Assembly: GCA_964016885.1 (NCBI GenBank)
Contig: OZ024741.1
Coordinates: 31,930,001-31,994,000, forward strand
Length of the DNA stretch: 64,000 bases
From: Eledone cirrhosa
Taxonomy: Eukaryota
Direction of reading: 5' to 3'
Numbering within the stretch: the stretch's first letter is position 1; each line of letters opens with the position of its first letter. This document shows positions 15,001 through 31,560 of the stretch, one piece after another. The notes beneath the pieces are model-generated. The model saw only the letters and a list, made by a program, of their open reading frames with translations, was not told where the DNA came from and did no database searches. The position numbers and the translations under genes are program-made.

Positions 15001-18000
15001 ACTCTGACACCAACACCAGTATCGTCAAGATACCTCACTCTAACAACATCACCAGTAACGTCAAGATACCTCACTCTGACACCAACACCAGTATTGTCAA
15101 GATACCTCACTCTGACACCAACACCAGTATCGTCAAGATACCTCACTCTGACACCAACCCCAGTATCGTCAAGATACCTCACTCTGACACCAACACCAGT
15201 ATCGTCAAGATACCTCACTCTGACACCAACACCAGTATCGTCAAGATACCTCACTCTGACACCAACACCAGTATCGTCAAGATACCTCACCCTGACACCA
15301 ACACCAGTACCGTCAAGATACCTCACCCTGACACCAACACCAGTATCGTCAAGGTACCTCACTCTGACACCAACACCAGTATCGTCAAGATACCTCACTC
15401 TGACACCAACAACAGTATCGTCAAGATACCTCACCCTGACACCAACACCAGTATCGTCAAGATACCTCACTCTGACACCAACACCAGTATCGTCAAGATA
15501 CCTCACTCTGACACCAACACCAGTATCGTCAAGATACCTCACTCTGACACCAACACCAGTATCGTCAAGATACCTCACTCTGACACCAACACCAGTATCG
15601 TCAAGATACCTCACCCTGACACCAACACCAGTATCGTCAAGATACCTCACTCTGACACCAACACCAGTATCGTCAAGATACCTCACCCTGACACCAACAC
15701 CAGTATCGTCAAGATACCTCACTCTGACAACATCACCAATATCGTCAAGATACCTCACTCTGACAACATCACCAATATCGTCAAGATACCTCACTCTGAC
15801 ACCAACACCAGTATCGTCAAGATACCTCACTCTGACACCAACACCAGTATCGTCAAGATACCTCACCCTGACACCAACACCAGTATCGTCAAGATACCTC
15901 ACTCTGACAACATCACCAATATCGTCAAGATACCTCACTCTGACAACATCACCAATATCGTCAAGATACCTCACTCTGACACCAACCCCAGTATCCTCAA
16001 GATACCTCACCCTGACACCAACACCAGTATCGTCAAGATACCTCACTCTGACACCAACACCAGTATCGTCAAGATACCTCACTCTGACACCAACACCAGT
16101 ATCGTCAAGATACCGCACTCTGACACCAACACCAGTATCGTCAAGATACCTCACTCTGACACCAACACCAGTATCGTCAAGATACCTCACTCTGACAACA
16201 TCACCAGTATCGTCAAGATACTTCACTCTGACACCAACACCAGTATCGTCAAGATACCTCACTCTGACACCAACACCAGTATCGTCAAGATACCTCACTC
16301 TGACACCAACACCAGTATCATCAAATACCTCACTCTGACACCAACACCAGTATCGTCAAGATACCTCACTCTGACACCAACACCAGTATCGTCAAGATAC
16401 CTCACTCTGACAACATCACCAGTATCGTCAAGATACCTCACTCTGACACCAACACCAGTATCGTCAAGATACCTCACTCTGACACCAACACCAGTATCGT
16501 CAAGATACCTCACTCTGACAACATCACCAGTATCGTCAAGATACCTCACTCTGACACCAACACCAGTATCGTCAAGATACCCCACTCTGACACCAACACC
16601 AGTATCGTCAAGATACCTCACTCTGACACCATCACCAGTATCGTCAAGATACCTCACTCTGAAACCATCACCAGTATCGTCAAGATACCTCACTCTGACA
16701 ACATCACCAGTATCGTCAAGATACCTCACGCTGACACCAACACCAGTATCGTCAAGATACCTCACTCTGACACCAACACCAGTATCGTCAAGATATCTCA
16801 CTCTGACACCATCACCAGTATCGTCAAGATACCATCACTCTGACACCATCACCAGTATCGTCAAGATACCTCACTCTGACACCATCACCAGTATCGTCAA
16901 GATACCTCACTCTGACACCAACACCAGTATCGTCAAGATACCTCACTCTGACACCATCACCAGTATCGTCAAGATACCTCACTCTGACAACATCCCCAGT
17001 ATCGTCAAGATATCTCACCCTGACCCCAACACCAATATCGTCAAGATACATCACTCTGACAACATCACCAGTATCGTCAAGATACCTCACTCTGACAATA
17101 TCACCAGTATCGTCAAGATACCTCACTCTGACACCAACACCAGTATCGTCAAGATACCTCACTCTGACAACATCACCAGTAGCGTCAAGATACCTCACTC
17201 TGACACCAACACCAGTATCGTCAAGATACCTCACTCTGACACCAACACCAGTATCGTCAAGATACCTCACTCTGACACCAACACCAGTATCGTCAAGATA
17301 CCTCACTCTGACACCAACACCAGTATCGTCAAGATACCTCACTCTGACAACATCACCAGTAGCGTCAAGATACCTCACTCTGACACCAACACCAGTATCG
17401 TCAAGATACCTCACTCTGACACCAACACCAGTATCGTCAAGATACCTCACCCTGACACCAACACCAGTATCGTCAAGATACCTCACTCTGACACCAACAC
17501 CAGTATCGTCAAGATACCTCACTCTGACAACATCACCAATATCGTCAAGATACCTCACTCTGACAACATCACCAATATCGTCAAGATACCTCACTCTGAC
17601 ACCAACACCAGTATCGTCAAGATACCTCACTCTGACAACATCACCAATATCGTCAAGATACCTCACTCTGACAACATCACCAATATCGTCAAGATACCTC
17701 ACTCCGACAACATCACCAATATCGTCAAGATACCTCACTCTGACAACATCACCAATATCGTCAAGATACCTCACTCTGACACCAACCCCAGTATCGTCAA
17801 GATACCTCACTCTAACAACATCACCAATAACGTCAAGATACCTCACTCTGACAACATCACCAATATCGTCAAGATACCTCACTCTGACACCAACACCAGT
17901 ATCGTCAAGATACCTCACTCTGACAACATCACCAATATCGTCAAGATACCTCACTCTGACAACATCACCAGTATCGTCAAGATACCTCACTCTGACACCA

Positions 18001-19090
18001 ACACCAGTATCGTCAAGATATCTCACTCTGACAACAACACCAGTATCGTCAAGATACCTCACTCTAACAACATCACCAGTATCGTCAGGATACCTCACTC
18101 TGACACCAACACCAGTATCGTCAGGTTACCTCACTCTGACACCAACACCAGTATCGTCAAGATACCTCACTCTGACACCAACACCAGTATCGTCAAGATA
18201 CCTCATTCTGACACCAACACCAGTATCGTCAAGATACCTCACTCTGACAACATCACCAGTAACGTCAAGATACCTCACTCTGACACCAACACCAGTATCG
18301 TCAAGATACCTCACTCTGACAACATCACCAGTAACGTCAAGATACCTCACTCTGACACCAACACCAGTATCGTCAAGATACCTCACTCTGACACCAACAC
18401 CAGTATCGTCAAGATACCTCACTCTGACACCAACACCAGTATCGTCAAGATACCTCACTCTGACACCAACACCAGTATCGTCAAGATACCTCACTCTGAC
18501 AACATCACCAGTAACGTCAAGATACCTCACTCTGACACCAACACCAGTATCGTCAAGATACCTCACTCTGATACCAACACCAGTATCGTCAAGATACCTC
18601 ACTCTGACACCAACACCAGTATCGTCAAGATACCTCACTCTGACACCAACACCAGTATCGTCAAGATACCTCACTCTGACAACATCACCAATATCGTCAA
18701 GATACCTCACTCTGACACCAACACCAGTATCGTCAAGATACCTCGCTCTGACACCAACACCAGTATCGTCTGGATACCTCAGCCTGACACCAACACCAGT
18801 ATCGTCAAATACCTCACTCTGACAACATCACCAGTATCATCAGGATACCTCACCCTGACACCAACACCAGTATCGTCAAGATACCTCACCCTGACACCAA
18901 CACCAGTATCGTCAAGATACCTCACTTTGACAACATCACCAGTATCGTCAAGATACCTCACCCTGACACCAACACCAGTATCGTCAAGATACCTCACTCT
19001 GACACCAATCCCAGTATCGTCAAGATACCTCACTCTGACAACATCACCAGTATCGTCAGGATACCTCACTCTGACACCAACACCAGTATC
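9085..19090. repeat. Higher-order tandem duplication, period 5003 bp (139 units minus 1 bp)
   Basis: Markers recur 5003 bp apart: GTTAAG 9085/14088, GGTACC 10350/15353, +A insertion 11831/16834, ORF ends 11292/16295, 11821/16824, 13123/18126 and 13776/18779. Confidence 0.92.
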
Positions 19091-22000
19091 GTCAAGATAC
19101 CTCACTCTGACAACATCACCAGTAACGTCAAGATACCTCACTCTGACAACATCACCAATATCGTCAAGATACCTCACTCTGACACCAACACCAGTATCGT
19201 CAAGATACCTCACTCTGACACCAACACCAGTATCGTCAAGATACCTCACTCTGACACCAACACCAGTATCGTCAAGATACCTCACTCTGACACCAACACC
19301 AGTATCGTCAAGATACCTCACTCTGACAACATCACCAGTATCGTCAAGATACCTCACCCTGACACCAACACCAGTATCGTCAGCATACCTCACCCTGACA
19401 TCAACACCAGTATCGTCAGGATACCTCACTCTGACACCAACCCCAGTATCGTCAAGATACATAACTCTGACACCAACACCAGTATCGTCAAGATACCTCA
19501 CTCTGACACCAACCCCAGTATCGTCAAGATACCTCACCCTGACACCAACACCAGTATCGTCAAGATACCTCACCCTGACACCAACACCAGTATCGTCAAG
19601 ATACCTCACCCTGACACCAACACCAGTATCGTCAAGATACCTCACTCTGACACCAACCCCAGTATCGTCAAGATACCTCACCCTGACACCAACACCAGTA
19701 TCGTCAAGATACCTCACCCTGACACCAACACCAGTATCGTCAAGATACCTCACCCTGACACCAACACCAGTATCGTCAAGATACCTCACCCTGACACCAA
19801 CACCAGTATCGTTAAGATACCTCAGCCTGACACCAACACCAGTATCGTCAAGATACCTCACTCTGACACCAACACCAGTATCGTCAAGATACCTCACCCT
19901 GACACCAACACCAGTATCGTCAGCATACCTCACCCTGACATCAACACCAGTATCGTCAGGATACCTCACTCTGACACCAACCCCAGTATCGTCAAGATAC
20001 ATAACTCTGACACCAACACCAGTATCGTCAAGATACCTCACTCTGACACCAACCCCAGTATCGTCAAGATACCTCACCCTGACACCAACACCAGTATCGT
20101 CAAGATACCTCACCCTGACACCAACACCAGTATCGTCAGGATACCTCACCCTGACATCAACACCAGTATCGTCAGGATACCTCACCCTGACATCAACACC
20201 AGTATCGTCAGGATACCTCACCCTGACATCAACACAAGTATCGTCAGGATACCTCACCCTGACATCAACACCAGTATCGTCAAGATACCTCACTCTGACA
20301 CCAACACCAGTATCGTCAAGATACATAACTCTGACACCAACACCAGTATCGTCAAGATACCTCACTCTGACACCAACACCAGTATCGTCAAGATACCTCA
20401 CTCTGACACCAACACCAGTATCGTCAAGATACCTCACTCTGACAACATCACCAATATCGTCAAGATACCTCACTCTGACACCAACACCAGTATCGTCAAG
20501 ATACCTTACTCTGACACCAACACCAGTATCATCAAGATACCTCACTCTGACAACATCACCAATATCGTCAAGATACCTCACTCTGACAACATCACCAATA
20601 TCGTCAAGATACCTCACTCTGACAACATCACCAGTATCGTCAAGATATCTCACTCTGACACCAACACCAGTATCGTCAAGATACCTCACTCTGACAACAT
20701 CACCAGTATCGTCAGGATACCTCACTCTGACACCAACACCAGTATCGTCAAGATACCTCACTCTAACAACATCACCAGTAACGTCAAGATACCTCACTCT
20801 GACACCAACACCAGTATCGTCAAGATACCTCACTCTGACACCAACACCAGTATCGTCAAGATACCTCACTCTGACACCAACCCCAGTATCGTCAAGATAC
20901 CTCACTCTGACACCAACACCAGTATCGTCAAGATACCTCACTCTGACACCAACACCAGTATCGTCAAGATACCTCACTCTGACACCAACACCAGTATCGT
21001 CAAGATACCTCACCCTGACACCAACACCAGTACCGTCAAGATACCTCACCCTGACACCAACACCAGTATCGTCAAGGTACCTCACTCTGACACCAACACC
21101 AGTATCGTCAAGATACCTCACTCTGACACCAACAACAGTATCGTCAAGATACCTCACCCTGACACCAACACCAGTATCGTCAAGATACCTCACTCTGACA
21201 CCAACACCAGTATCGTCAAGATACCTCACTCTGACACCAACACCAGTATCGTCAAGATACCTCACTCTGACACCAACACCAGTATCGTCAAGATACCTCA
21301 CTCTGACACCAACACCAGTATCGTCAAGATACCTCACCCTGACACCAACACCAGTATCGTCAAGATACCTCACTCTGACACCAACACCAGTATCGTCAAG
21401 ATACCTCACCCTGACACCAACACCAGTATCGTCAAGATACCTCACTCTGACAACATCACCAATATCGTCAAGATACCTCACTCTGACAACATCACCAATA
21501 TCGTCAAGATACCTCACTCTGACACCAACACCAGTATCGTCAAGATACCTCACTCTGACACCAACACCAGTATCGTCAAGATACCTTACCCTGACACCAA
21601 CACCAGTATCGTCAAGATACCTCACTCTGACAACATCACCAATATCGTCAAGATACCTCACTCTGACAACATCACCAATATCGTCAAGATACCTCACTCT
21701 GACACCAACCCCAGTATCCTCAAGATACCTCACCCTGACACCAACACCAGTATCGTCAAGATACCTCACTCTGACACCAACACCAGTATCGTCAAGATAC
21801 CTCACTCTGACACCAACACCAGTATCGTCAAGATACCGCACTCTGACACCAACACCAGTATCGTCAAGATACCTCACTCTGACACCAACACCAGTATCGT
21901 CAAGATACCTCACTCTGACAACATCACCAGTATCGTCAAGATACTTCACTCTGACACCAACACCAGTATCGTCAAGATACCTCACTCTGACACCAACACC

Positions 22001-25000
22001 AGTATCGTCAAGATACCTCACTCTGACACCAACACCAGTATCGTCAAATACCTCACTCTGACACCAACACCAGTATCGTCAAGATACCTCACTCTGACAC
22101 CAACACCAGTATCGTCAAGATACCTCACTCTGACAACATCACCAGTATCGTCAAGATACCTCACTCTGACACCAACACCAGTATCGTCAAGATACCTCAC
22201 TCTGACACCAACACCAGTATCGTCAAGATACCTCACTCTGACAACATCACCAGTATCGTCAAGATACCTCACTCTGACACCAACACCAGTATCGTCAAGA
22301 TACCCCACTCTGACACCAACACCAGTATCGTCAAGATACCTCACTCTGACACCATCACCAGTATCGTCAAGATACCTCACTCTGAAACCATCACCAGTAT
22401 CGCCAAGATACCTCACTCTGACAACATCACCAGTATCGTCAAGATACCTCACGCTGACACCAACACCAGTATCGTCAAGATACCTCACTCTGACACCAAC
22501 ACCAGTATCGTCAAGATATCTCACTCTGACACCATCACCAGTATCGTCAAGATACCTCACTCTGACACCATCACCAGTATCGTCAAGATACCTCACTCTG
22601 ACAACATCCCCAGTATCGTCAAGATACCTCACCCTGACACCAACACCAATATCGTCAAGATACATCACTCTGACAACATCACCAGTATCGTCAAGATACC
22701 TCACTTTGACAATATCACCAGTATCGTCAAGATACCTCACTCTGACACCAACACCAGTATCGTCAAGATACCTCACTCTGACAACATCACCAGTAGCGTC
22801 AAGATACCTCACTCTGACACCAACACCAGTATCGTCAAGATACCTCACTCTGACACCAACACCAGTATCGTCAAGATACCTCACCCTGACACCAACACCA
22901 GTACCGTCAAGATACCTCACCCTGACACCAACACCAGTATCGTCAAGGTACCTCACTCTGACACCAACACCAGTATCGTCAAGATACCTCACTCTGACAC
23001 CAACAACAGTATCGTCAAGATACCTCACCCTGACACCAACACCAGTATCGTCAAGATACCTCACTCTGACACCAACACCAGTATCGTCAAGATACCTCAC
23101 TCTGACACCAACACCAGTATCGTCAAGATACCTCACTCTGACACCAACACCAGTATCGTCAAGATACCTCACTCTGACACCAACACCAGTATCGTCAAGA
23201 TACCTCACCCTGACACCAACACCAGTATCGTCAAGATACCTCACTCTGACACCAACACCAGTATCGTCAAGATACCTCACCCTGACACCAACACCAGTAT
23301 CGTCAAGATACCTCACTCTGACAACATCACCAATATCGTCAAGATACCTCACTCTGACAACATCACCAATATCGTCAAGATACCTCACTCTGACACCAAC
23401 ACCAGTATCGTCAAGATACCTCACTCTGACACCAACACCAGTATCGTCAAGATACCTTACCCTGACACCAACACCAGTATCGTCAAGATACCTCACTCTG
23501 ACAACATCACCAATATCGTCAAGATACCTCACTCTGACAACATCACCAATATCGTCAAGATACCTCACTCTGACACCAACCCCAGTATCCTCAAGATACC
23601 TCACCCTGACACCAACACCAGTATCGTCAAGATACCTCACTCTGACACCAACACCAGTATCGTCAAGATACCTCACTCTGACACCAACACCAGTATCGTC
23701 AAGATACCGCACTCTGACACCAACACCAGTATCGTCAAGATACCTCACTCTGACACCAACACCAGTATCGTCAAGATACCTCACTCTGACAACATCACCA
23801 GTATCGTCAAGATACTTCACTCTGACACCAACACCAGTATCGTCAAGATACCTCACTCTGACACCAACACCAGTATCGTCAAGATACCTCACTCTGACAC
23901 CAACACCAGTATCGTCAAATACCTCACTCTGACACCAACACCAGTATCGTCAAGATACCTCACTCTGACACCAACACCAGTATCGTCAAGATACCTCACT
24001 CTGACAACATCACCAGTATCGTCAAGATACCTCACTCTGACACCAACACCAGTATCGTCAAGATACCTCACTCTGACACCAACACCAGTATCGTCAAGAT
24101 ACCTCACTCTGACAACATCACCAGTATCGTCAAGATACCTCACTCTGACACCAACACCAGTATCGTCAAGATACCCCACTCTGACACCAACACCAGTATC
24201 GTCAAGATACCTCACTCTGACACCATCACCAGTATCGTCAAGATACCTCACTCTGAAACCATCACCAGTATCGCCAAGATACCTCACTCTGACAACATCA
24301 CCAGTATCGTCAAGATACCTCACGCTGACACCAACACCAGTATCGTCAAGATACCTCACTCTGACACCAACACCAGTATCGTCAAGATATCTCACTCTGA
24401 CACCATCACCAGTATCGTCAAGATACCTCACTCTGACACCATCACCAGTATCGTCAAGATACCTCACTCTGACAACATCCCCAGTATCGTCAAGATACCT
24501 CACCCTGACACCAACACCAATATCGTCAAGATACATCACTCTGACAACATCACCAGTATCGTCAAGATACCTCACTTTGACAATATCACCAGTATCGTCA
24601 AGATACCTCACTCTGACACCAACACCAGTATCGTCAAGATACCTCACTCTGACAACATCACCAGTAGCGTCAAGATACCTCACTCTGACACCAACACCAG
24701 TATCGTCAAGATACCTCACTCTGACACCAACACCAGTATCGTCAAGATACCTCACTCTGACACCGACACCAGTATCGTCAAGATACCTCACTCTGACACC
24801 AACACCAGTATCGTCAAGATACCTCACCCTGACACCAACACCAGTATCGTCAAGATACCTCACTCTGACAACATCACCAATATCGTCAAGATACCTCACT
24901 CTGACAACATCACCAATATCGTCAAGATACCTCACTCTGACACCAACACCAGTATCGTCAAGATACCTCACTCTGACACCAACACCAGTATCGTCAAGAT

Positions 25001-27270
25001 ACCTTACCCTGACACCAACACCAGTATCGTCAAGATACCTCACTCTGACAACATCACCAATATCGTCAAGATACCTCACTCTGACAACATCACCAATATC
25101 GTCAAGATACCTCACTCTGACACCAACCCCAGTATCCTCAAGATACCTCACCCTGACACCAACACCAGTATCGTCAAGATACCTCACTCTGACACCAACA
25201 CCAGTATCGTCAAGATACCTCACTCTGACACCAACACCAGTATCGTCAAGATACCGCACTCTGACACCAACACCAGTATCGTCAAGATACCTCACTCTGA
25301 CACCAACACCAGTATCGTCAAGATACCTCACTCTGACAACATCACCAGTATCGTCAAGATACTTCACTCTGACACCAACACCAGTATCGTCAAGATACCT
25401 CACTCTGACACCAACACCAGTATCGTCAAGATACCTCACTCTGACACCAACACCAGTATCGTCAAATACCTCACTCTGACACCAACACCAGTATCGTCAA
25501 GATACCTCACTCTGACACCAACACCAGTATCGTCAAGATACCTCACTCTGACAACATCACCAGTATCGTCAAGATACCTCACTCTGACACCAACACCAGT
25601 ATCGTCAAGATACCTCACTCTGACACCAACACCAGTATCGTCAAGATACCTCACTCTGACAACATCACCAGTATCGTCAAGATACCTCACTCTGACACCA
25701 ACACCAGTATCGTCAAGATACCCCACTCTGACACCAACACCAGTATCGTCAAGATACCTCACTCTGACACCATCACCAGTATCGTCAAGATACCTCACTC
25801 TGAAACCATCACCAGTATCGCCAAGATACCTCACTCTGACAACATCACCAGTATCGTCAAGATACCTCACGCTGACACCAACACCAGTATCGTCAAGATA
25901 CCTCACTCTGACACCAACACCAGTATCGTCAAGATATCTCACTCTGACACCATCACCAGTATCGTCAAGATACCTCACTCTGACACCATCACCAGTATCG
26001 TCAAGATACCTCACTCTGACAACATCCCCAGTATCGTCAAGATACCTCACCCTGACACCAACACCAATATCGTCAAGATACATCACTCTGACAACATCAC
26101 CAGTATCGTCAAGATACCTCACTTTGACAATATCACCAGTATCGTCAAGATACCTCACTCTGACACCAACACCAGTATCGTCAAGATACCTCACTCTGAC
26201 AACATCACCAGTAGCGTCAAGATACCTCACTCTGACACCAACACCAGTATCGTCAAGATACCTCACTCTGACACCAACACCAGTATCGTCAAGATACCTC
26301 ACTCTGACACCGACACCAGTATCGTCAAGATACCTCACTCTGACACCAACACCAGTATCGTCAAGATACCTCACTCTGACAACATCACCAGTAGCGTCAA
26401 GATACCTCACTCTGACACCAACACCAGTATCGTCAAGATACCTCACTCTGACACCAACACCAGTATCGTCAAGATACCTCACCCTGACACCAACACCAGT
26501 ATCGTCAAGATACCTCACTCTGACACCAACACCAGTATCGTCAAGATACCTCACTCTGACAACATCACCAATATCGTCAAGATACCTCACTCTGACAACA
26601 ACACCAATATCGTCAAGATACCTCACTCTGACACCAACACCAGTATCGTCAAGATACCTCACTCTGACACCAACACCAGTATCGTCAAGATACCTCACCC
26701 TGACACCAACACCAGTATCGTCAAGATACCTCACTCTGACAACATCACCAATATCGTCAAGATACCTCACTCTGACAACATCACCAATATCGTCAAGATA
26801 CCTCACTCTGACATCAACCCCAGTATCGTCAAGATACCTCACCCTGACACCAACACCAGTATCGTCAAGATACCTCACTCTGACACCAACACCAGTATCG
26901 TCAAGATACCTCACTCTGACACCAACACCAGTATCGTCAAGATACCTCACTCTGACACCAACACCAGTATCGTCAAGATACCTCACTCTGACACCAACAC
27001 CAGTATCGTCAAGATACCTCACTCTGACAACATCACCAGTATCGTCAAGATACTTCACTCTGACACCAACACCAGTATCGTCAAGATACCTCACTCTGAC
27101 ACCAACACCAGTATCGTCAAGATACCTCACTCTGACACCAACACCAGTATCGTCAGGATACCTCACTCTGACACCAACACCAGTATCGTCAAGATACCTC
27201 ACTCTGACACCAACACCAGTATCGTCAAGATACCTCACTCTGACACCAACACCAGTATCGTCAAGATACC

Positions 27271-30200
27271 TCACTCTGACACCAACACCAGTATCGTCAA
27301 ATACCTCACTCTGACACCAACACCAGTATCGTCAAGATACCTCACTCTGACACCAACGCCAGTATCGTCAGGATACCTCACTCTGACAACATCACCAGTA
27401 TCGTCAAGATACCTCACTCTGACACCAACACCAGTATCGTCAAGATACCTCACTCTGACACCAACACCAGTATCGTCAAGATACCTCACTCTGACAACAT
27501 CACCAGTATCGTCAAGATACCTCACTCTGACACCAACACCAGTATCGTCAAGATACCTCTCTCTGACACCAACACCAGTATCGGCAAGATACCTCACTCT
27601 GACACAATCACCAGTATCGTCAAGATACCTCACTCTGACACCATCACCAGTATCGTCAAGATACCTCACTCTGACAACATCACCAGTATCGTCAAGATAC
27701 CTCACTCTGACACCAACACCAGTATCGTCAAGATACCTCACTCTGACACCAACACCAGTATCGTCAAGATATCTCACTCTGACACCATCACCAGTATCGT
27801 CAAGATACCTCACTCTGACACCATCACCAGTATCGTCAAGATACCTCACTCTGACACCATCACCAGTATCGTCAAGATACCTCACTCTGACACCAACACC
27901 AGTATCGTCAAGATACCTCACTCTGACACCATCACCAGTATCGTCAAGATACCTCACTCTGACAACATCACCAGTATCGTCAAGATACCTCACGCTGACA
28001 CCAACACCAGTATCGTCAAGATACCTCACTCTGACACCAACACCAGTATCGTCAAGATATCTCACTCTGACACCATCACCAGTATCGTCAAGATACCTCA
28101 CTCTGACACCAACACCAGTATCGTCAAGATACCTCACTCTGACACCATCACCAGTATCGTCAAGATACCTCACTCTGACAACATCCCCAGTATCGTCAAG
28201 ATACCTCACCCTGACACCAACACCAATATCGTCAAGATACATCACTCTGACAACATCACCAGTATCGTCAAGATACCTCACTCAGACAATATCACCAGTA
28301 TCGTCAAGATACCTCACTCTGACACCAACACCAGTATCGTCAAGATACCTCACTCTGACAACATCACCAGTAGCGTCAAGATACCTCACTCTGACACCAA
28401 CACCAGTATCGTCAAGATACCTCACTCTGACACCAACACCAGTATCGTCAAGATACCTCACTCTGACACCAACACCAGTATCGTCACCATACCTCACTCT
28501 GACACCAACACCAGTATCGTCAAGATACCTCACTCTGACAACATCACCAGTAGCGTCAAGATACCTCACTCTGACACCAACACCAGTATCGTCAAGATAC
28601 CTCACTCTGACACCAACACCAGTATCGTCAAGATACCTCACCCTGACACCAACACCAGTATCGTCAAGATACCTCACTCTGACACCAACACCAGTATCGT
28701 CAAGATACCTCACTCTGACAACATCACCAATATCGTCAAGATACCTCACTCTGACAACATCACCAATATCGTCAAGATACCTCACTCTGACACCAACACC
28801 AGTATCGTCAAGATACCTCACTCTGACACCAACACCAGTATCGTCAAGATACCTCACCCTGACACCAACACCAGTATCGTCAAGATACCTCACTCTGACA
28901 ACATCACCAATATCGTCAAGATACCTCACTCTGACAACATCACCAATATCGTCAAGATACCTCACTCTGACATCAACCCCAGTATCGTCAAGATACCTCA
29001 CCCTGACACCAACACCAGTATCGTCAAGATACCTCACTCTGACACCAACACCAGTATCGTCAAGATACCTCACTCTGACACCAACACCAGTATCGTCAAG
29101 ATACCTCACTCTGACACCAACACCAGTATCGTCAAGATACCTCACTCTGACACCAACACCAGTATCGTCAAGATACCTCACTCTGACAACATCACCAGTA
29201 TCGTCAAGATACTTCACTCTGACACCAACACCAGTATCGTCAAGATACCTCACTCTGACACCAACACCAGTATCGTCAGGATACCTCACTCTGACACCAA
29301 CACCAGTATCGTCAAGATACCTCACTCTGACACCAACACCAGTATCGTCAAGATACCTCACTCTGACACCAACACCAGTATCGTCAAGATACCTCACTCT
29401 GACACCAACACCAGTATCGTCAAGATACCTCACTCTGACACCAACACCAGTATCGTCAAATACCTCACTCTGACACCAACACCAGTATCGTCAAGATACC
29501 TCACTCTGACACCAACGCCAGTATCGTCAGGATACCTCACTCTGACAACATCACCAGTATCGTCAAGATACCTCACTCTGACACCAACACCAGTATCGTC
29601 AAGATACCTCACTCTGACACCAACACCAGTATCGTCAAGATACCTCACTCTGACAACATCACCAGTATCGTCAAGATACCTCACTCTGACACCAACACCA
29701 GTATCGTCAAGATACCTCTCTCTGACACCAACACCAGTATCGGCAAGATACCTCACTCTGACACAATCACCAGTATCGTCAAGATACCTCACTCTGACAC
29801 CATCACCAGTATCGTCAAGATACCTCACTCTGACAACATCACCAGTATCGTCAAGATACCTCACTCTGACACCAACACCAGTATCGTCAAGATACCTCAC
29901 TCTGACACCAACACCAGTATCGTCAAGATATCTCACTCTGACACCATCACCAGTATCGTCAAGATACCTCACTCTGACACCATCACCAGTATCGTCAAGA
30001 TACCTCACTCTGACACCATCACCAGTATCGTCAAGATACCTCACTCTGACACCAACACCAGTATCGTCAAGATACCTCACTCTGACACCATCACCAGTAT
30101 CGTCAAGATACCTCACTCTGACAACATCACCAGTATCGTCAAGATACCTCACGCTGACACCAACACCAGTATCGTCAAGATACCTCACTCTGACACCAAC

Positions 30201-31560
30201 ACCAGTATCGTCAAGATATCTCACTCTGACACCATCACCAGTATCGTCAAGATACCTCACTCTGACACCAACACCAGTATCGTCAAGATACCTCACTCTG
30301 ACACCATCACCAGTATCGTCAAGATACCTCACTCTGACAACATCCCCAGTATCGTCAAGATACCTCACCCTGACACCAACACCAATATCGTCAAGATACA
30401 TCACTCTGACAACATCACCAGTATCGTCAAGATACCTCACTCAGACAATATCACCAGTATCGTCAAGATACCTCACTCTGACACCAACACCAGTATCGTC
30501 AAGATACCTCACTCTGACAACATCACCAGTAGCGTCAAGATACCTCACTCTGACACCAACACCAGTATCGTCAAGATACCTCACTCTGACACCAACACCA
30601 GTATCGTCAAGATACCTCACTCTGACACCAACACCAGTATCGTCAACATACCTCACTCTGACACCAACACCAGTATCGTCAAGATACCTCACTCTGACAA
30701 CATCACCAGTAGCGTCAAGATACCTCACTCTGACACCAACACCAGTATCGTCAAGATACCTCACTCTGACACCAACACCAGTATCGTCAAGATACCTCAC
30801 CCTGACACCAACACCAGTATCGTCAAGATACCTCACTCTGACACCAACACCAGTATCGTCAAGATACCTCACTCTGACAACATCACCAATATCGTCAAGA
30901 TACCTCACTCTGACAACATCACCAATATCGTCAAGATACCTCACTCTGACACCAACACCAGTATCGTCAAGATACCTCACTCTGACACCAACACCAGTAT
31001 CGTCAAGATACCTCACCCTGACACCAACACCAGTATCGTCAAGATACCTCACTCTGACAACATCACCAATATCGTCAAGATACCTCACTCTGACAACATC
31101 ACCAATATCGTCAAGATACCTCACTCTGACATCAACCCCAGTATCGTCAAGATACCTCACCCTGACACCAACACCAGTATCGTCAAGATACCTCACTCTG
31201 ACACCAACACCAGTATCGTCAAGATACCTCACTCTGACACCAACACCAGTATCGTCAAGATACCTCACTCTGACACCAACACCAGTATCGTCAAGATACC
31301 TCACTCTGACACCAACACCAGTATCGTCAAGATACCTCACTCTGACAACATCACCAGTATCGTCAAGATACTTCACTCTGACACCAACACCAGTATCGTC
31401 AAGATACCTCACTCTGACACCAACACCAGTATCGTCAGGATACCTCACTCTGACACCAACACCAGTATCGTCAAGATACCTCACTCGGACACCAACACCA
31501 GTATCGTCAAGATACCTCACTCTGACACCAACACCAGTATCGTCAAGATACCTCACTCTG
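27271..31560. repeat. Higher-order tandem duplication, period 2159 bp (60 units minus 1 bp)
   Basis: Identical 336-aa ORF translations at 27271 and 29430. The TCAGAC variant sits at 28283 and 30442, and the CTCTCT/CGGCAAG/ACACAATC cluster is repeated. Confidence 0.9.
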
